Shown here: positions 29,582 through 33,000 of the stretch, one piece after another | Numbering within the stretch: position 1 is the first letter of the stretch | Layout: the number at the start of each line of letters is the position of its first letter | Sequence record: PP355768.1 | Length of the DNA: 33,000 nt | Direction: 5' to 3' (one strand) | The notes under the pieces: generated by a model | Databases searched by the model: none | What the model was told of the DNA's origin: nothing | The model's input: the letters and a program-made list of their open reading frames with translations, nothing else | Translations under genes and position numbers: made by a program

Positions 29582-30364
29582 GGTGTTTGGGTATTCAAAG
29601 ATGATATTACAGTTGACGGTGTAGCTGCTAAAATTGAAGTTGTTGAATCCGTTGATGAAATGAAAGAGCGTATCAAGAAACGCTTTAACGTCATGGGATT
29701 AATGACTAACGGCTTAGTTCATGGGAATATTCGTTCTCTGATTATTTCCGGAGCAGCAGGTATCGGTAAGACTTACTCTTTGGATAAAGCATTACAACAT
29801 GCTCATGATACTAACGCTATTGATTACAAATCAGTGAACGGTAAAATCTCAGGAATTGGTTTATACTGCCGTCTTTGGGAATCACGTGAAGCAAATTCAG
29901 TTCTGCTCATTGATGATGTAGATGTATTCTCTGATATGGACATTCTTAACCTTCTGAAAGCTGCTTTGGATTCAGGAGAGAAACGTAAAGTATGCTGGAG
30001 TACTGCATCTTCTTTCTTGGAGGATAAAGGAATTCCTAATGAGTTTGAGTTTGAAGGTACTGTAGTCTTTATCACTAACGTTGATATTGACCGTGAATTA
30101 GAGCGCGGTTCTAAACTTGCTCCACATCTTCAAGCTCTGGTATCACGTTCGGTTTATCTTGACCTTGGTGTTCACACTAATGAAGAGATTATGGTCCGAG
30201 TTCAAGATGTAATAATGACTACTTCTATGTTACAGAACCGTGGGTTAAGAAATTCCGAAGTTATTGAAGTTTTGGAATTTATGAAAGATAACGTAAACCG
30301 TCTGCGTAACGTATCTCTCCGTACCGCACTTTATATTGGTGATTTCGTCGCGACTGACCGTAAA
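29582..30364 (+). pseudogene. nrdC.10: nrdC.10-like AAA+ ATPase, both ends truncated
   Basis: GVWVFK..RFNVMG..Walker A SGAAGIGKT, Walker B LLIDDVD, APHLQALVSRS, LRNVSLRTALY. Confidence 0.88.
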
Positions 30365-30691
30365 ATTAACGTTCGTCGTCTGTTTAACATGCTGAAGAAC
30401 AACATCGGTGATTCTTCTAAGTGGCAGCTGTTCGAGTTAAACGATAACTTTACCCGTTCTTCTTTCCGTATGGAAACAAGCCAATACTTGGCGGGTATTA
30501 AAGCTCTGGGTGGTGTATATGACTTCCGAGTTGTATGTGATACCACGAATAACACTCCAGCAGTTATCGACCGCAACGAGTTTGTAGCGAGCTTCTACAT
30601 CAAGCCGGCACGTTCAATTAACTATATCACTCTGAACTTCGTTGCTACGGAAACTGGCGCAGATTTTGATGAGTTAATCGGACCACAGTAA
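30365..30691 (+). pseudogene. 18: Tail sheath protein gp18, C-terminal ~108 aa, fused in frame to the ATPase
   Basis: INVRRLFNMLK..FELND.FTRSSFR..VCDTTNNTP.VIDRNEFVA.FYIKPARSINYITLNFVAT. Confidence 0.95.
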
Positions 30692-30794
30692 TATGAACCC
30701 CAGGACATTCTGGGGTCATCTAACCTTTAGATGATAAATTATATTACCGCACACTTTAATAGCCTCTACGATGATGTAGTCAATCGAGAGGCTA

Positions 30795-30802
30795 TATAAA
30801 TA
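30795..30802 (+). promoter_or_regulatory. T4 late promoter for gene 19
   Basis: TATAAATA upstream of gene 19. Confidence 0.85.
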
Positions 30803-30818
30803 TCTATAGGAAACAACG

Positions 30819-31175
30819 ATGGAATTAACAGACATCACTCGTGCGTTTGAATCTGGTGACTTTGCACGTCCTAACCTGTTTGAGGTAGAAATTCCTTATC
30901 TGGGTCGTAACTTCAGTTTCAAATGTAAAGCAGCACCGATGCCGGCAGGTATCGTAGAAAAAGTTCCAGTCGGGTACATGAACCGTAAGATTAACGTCGC
31001 CGGTGACCGTACTTATGACGACTGGACTGTTACCATCTATAACGATGATAAACATGAAGTACGTAAGGCAATTATTGCTTGGCAGGCTCAGGCCCACGCC
31101 CAAGGCAATGATATCTCTGGTATGACTCCAGCTGATTACAAAAAGGTTGCTACTGTACGCCAGTTTAGTCGTGAT
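30819..31175 (+). pseudogene. 19: Tail tube protein gp19, C-terminal ~40 aa missing
   Basis: DITRAFESGDFARPNLFEVEI..NRKINVAGDRTYDDWTVT..VRQFSRD, then a break. Confidence 0.95.
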
Positions 31176-31299
31176 TTGTGCACAAATTTTCAAATAATTT
31201 TAGGGAATCTGGAAGGACTTTATGGAGGGTAGAATGGATTTATACAGCTTGGTATATAGAAATGCCCAGACGACCTCTAGAAGGCATCTGGGCTATAAA

Positions 31300-31833
31300 T
31301 TACAGTTTCTTATAATGGCGACCAACATCACCAACGTAGTGTGTCAGTTGCTTCAAACGATTACCGAAATCTTCTGTTTTAGAACTAGTGCTTAAACCAT
31401 ACAGTACTGCATATAAATCAGGGGTATCACGTACGTTAACTTTAGATGCGATTGACGGGTCAACAGATGCAACTACTTTTGCATGGAGTTTAGCAGATAA
31501 TGCCGCAGCTTTTTCGTATGCAGTGTGAACATCATCCCATGCTTTATTCAGTGCTTTAACATCAGCGTCGCTAAGAACAGATGACTTTTTAGCAGCTTTA
31601 GGTTTAGCAGTGCCTGACTTTGGTTTAGTAAAAATTTCACCAGTTACAACCATTGATTTCCATGCGTTTGTAACATCGTTGCCGCGGAATCCAAGTTCTT
31701 TCATATCACGTGCGAATTGGAATCGTGATTCATCGGAAGTATCTTTGTATGAGTATTTTCCAGCTTCCATAGCTGATATAGCCGCAGCTTTAACATCAGA
31801 AGAAGCTTCTATTAAAAATTCTTTAAATTTCAT
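31300..31833 (-). CDS. Putative internal head protein (capsid-targeting-like N-terminus)
   Basis: MKFKEFLIEA start, Lys/Ala-rich, downstream of a late promoter. Confidence 0.6.
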   Translation of the reverse strand: MKFKEFLIEASSDVKAAAISAMEAGKYSYKDTSDESRFQFARDMKELGFRGNDVTNAWKSMVVTGEIFTKPKSGTAKPKAAKKSSVLSDADVKALNKAWDDVHTAYEKAAALSAKLHAKVVASVDPSIASKVNVRDTPDLYAVLYGLSTSSKTEDFGNRLKQLTHYVGDVGRHYKKL

Positions 31834-31868
31834 TATAATTCCCTAAGTAATAGTGTCGATTGCTATAC

Positions 31869-31876
31869 TATTTATA
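31869..31876 (-). promoter_or_regulatory. T4 late promoter
   Basis: TATAAATA on the minus strand, ~35 nt upstream of the 31833 ATG. Confidence 0.8.
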
Positions 31877-31878
31877 CT

Positions 31879-31900
31879 AAAAAGCCCCGTCCGAAGACGG
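31879..31900 (-). terminator. UUCG terminator, 5' arm apparently clipped by a junction
   Basis: CCGTC TTCG GACGG GGC TTTTT; the extra GGC has no partner arm. Confidence 0.6.
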
Positions 31901-31957
31901 CTATTATAGGTGACTTCCACTCACTTGATAAGGGTTCGATTCCCTTTGGATGCTCCA
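31899..31957 (+). tRNA. tRNA-Gly(TCC), 5'-truncated
   Basis: Anticodon arm GGTGA-CTTCCAC-TCACT, T arm AAGGG-TTCGATT-CCCTT, 3' acceptor strand TGGATGC-T-CCA. The 5' acceptor strand and most of the D arm are absent. Confidence 0.85.
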
Positions 31958-32004
31958 AATTGTGACTCGTCGAGAGACGCTCGGTTCTTTTAATAGGAAC
32001 TGAT

Positions 32005-32651
32005 ATGCATTACTATCTTTATAAAATTACAAATAAAATAAATCAAAAGTTTTATATTGGAGTTCATTCTACTTCTAAGTTGGAAGATGGATACATGGGT
32101 TCTGGTAAGAATTTAAAGCGTGCTATTAAAAAGTACGGCAAAGAAAATTTTGAAAAAGAAATTCTCGAAACTTTTGATAATGCTAAAGATATGTATGATG
32201 CGGAAAGACACCTAGTAAATGAAGAATTTATTAAAAGGCCTGATACATATAACTTAAAGCTTGGTGGTGAAGGCGGATGGGACCACATATGTAATAATGA
32301 AATCTTGTCCGAACAACGAAGAACTAATATGTCAAAAGTTGGAAAATCTTGTGCTAATAAACCTTTATCAGATGAGCATAAGAAAAAGATTTCAAAATCA
32401 GTGAAATCCTTGGATTTACCTACATGGAAAGATAATATGGCTGGTAAGCCAAGCGGATTTGCAGGAAAACACCATTCGGCTGAATTCAAGAAAAAGATAT
32501 CCGAATTAAACTTAGCTAGAGTTAGTACAGATGAAAGAGCTTACAGAATGGAAATTTCTAAATTATATGATTTTTCTAAAAGAGGCGAATTATCTAAATA
32601 TGCTAAACACATTGGTGTAAGTCACACTCAAGCAAGAAGAATTTTAAATCA
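32005..32651 (+). mobile_element. GIY-YIG homing endonuclease (SegB-like) adjacent to a tRNA gene; end clipped
   Basis: YLYKITN..KFYIGVH..GYMGSG..E..YN GIY-YIG module, NUMOD-like LSDEHKKKIS and HSAEFKKKIS repeats; AT-rich. The ORF-track tail after ARRILN is read-through. Confidence 0.9.
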
Positions 32652-32678
32652 CATATACACCTCATCAGTTAGTAATAG

Positions 32679-32686
32679 TATTTATA
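32679..32686 (-). promoter_or_regulatory. T4 late promoter for a gene of which only the RBS and ATG (32654) remain
   Basis: TATAAATA, then GAGGTG RBS, ATG and an immediate TGA at the junction. Confidence 0.7.
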
Positions 32687-32700
32687 TAAGTATGTGTTAC

Positions 32701-33000
32701 TTAATCCCAAAGCCATTCGCAGATGCCTTGCTCAATAGTTCTAGCACCAGCTTCGTCCCAGTTATATTCTTCGTCATACTTCAATGCGCGTTTAATTTCG
32801 GCTTTATGAAATAAACGCGGAATCGGCATAGCATAACGGGTCCAACGTAGAGTTTTCCAGAATCCATCGCGCTTTGATTTAGCAATCAGTTTCTTGGCCT
32901 CTAGCGGTCTTTCCCGATTTTCAGAAATACGCAGTTCAACATATTTCTGTTGGGTTTCTTTATCTTTCTGAGTTTTAACGTATTCGTTATAGCTTTTAAT
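32701..33000 (-). CDS. vs.8: vs.8-like protein, C-terminal part (runs off the window)
   Basis: KRDGFWKTLRW..IPRLFHKAEIKRALK.D..YNWDEAGAR..E.G..WD*, resembling T4 vs.8; not in the ORF track. Confidence 0.7.
   Translation of the reverse strand: MKSYNEYVKTQKDKETQQKYVELRISENRERPLEAKKLIAKSKRDGFWKTLRWTRYAMPIPRLFHKAEIKRALKYDEEYNWDEAGARTIEQGICEWLWD

Overview
All recognisable sequence in this window comes from a T4-like myophage (Tevenvirinae). The proteins resemble my recollection of Klebsiella/Enterobacter-infecting T4 relatives, which I have not verified by search. The window is not a colinear genome segment. I count about 33 abrupt junctions, roughly one per kb, that join short blocks from distant parts of a T4-type genome in both orientations. 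Most essential genes are cut: 53, rnh, 7, 6, 39, 23, 5, 36, 34, 42, 14, 16, 37, 56, 8, 10, 11, 9, 18, 19 and regA. Several others carry internal deletions (59, 32, 24, 7 and probably 37). Different non-overlapping pieces of one gene (7, 6, 10, 37) lie many kb apart. The simplest reading is a shuffled or chimeric sequence (in-silico shuffle, amplification or ligation chimera, or misassembly) rather than a functioning locus. The striking fusion ORFs (HNH plus tail fibre, AAA+ ATPase plus tail sheath, gp11 plus gp57A, gp53 plus RNase H) are therefore probably artefacts. Inside blocks the sequence looks authentic. It includes late and early promoters, UUCG terminators, a gene 32 leader pseudoknot, RBS-sequestering hairpins and two free-standing homing endonucleases. 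It also has unannotated micro-ORFs, a hydroxymethylcytosine modification pathway and candidate counter-defence enzymes (Acb1/57B, MazG-like, macrodomain, NADAR, SLOG). I do not find a supportable new multi-gene system. Gene assignments rest on remembered similarity to T4 proteins and on motifs, not on database searches, and junction positions are approximate to a few nt.
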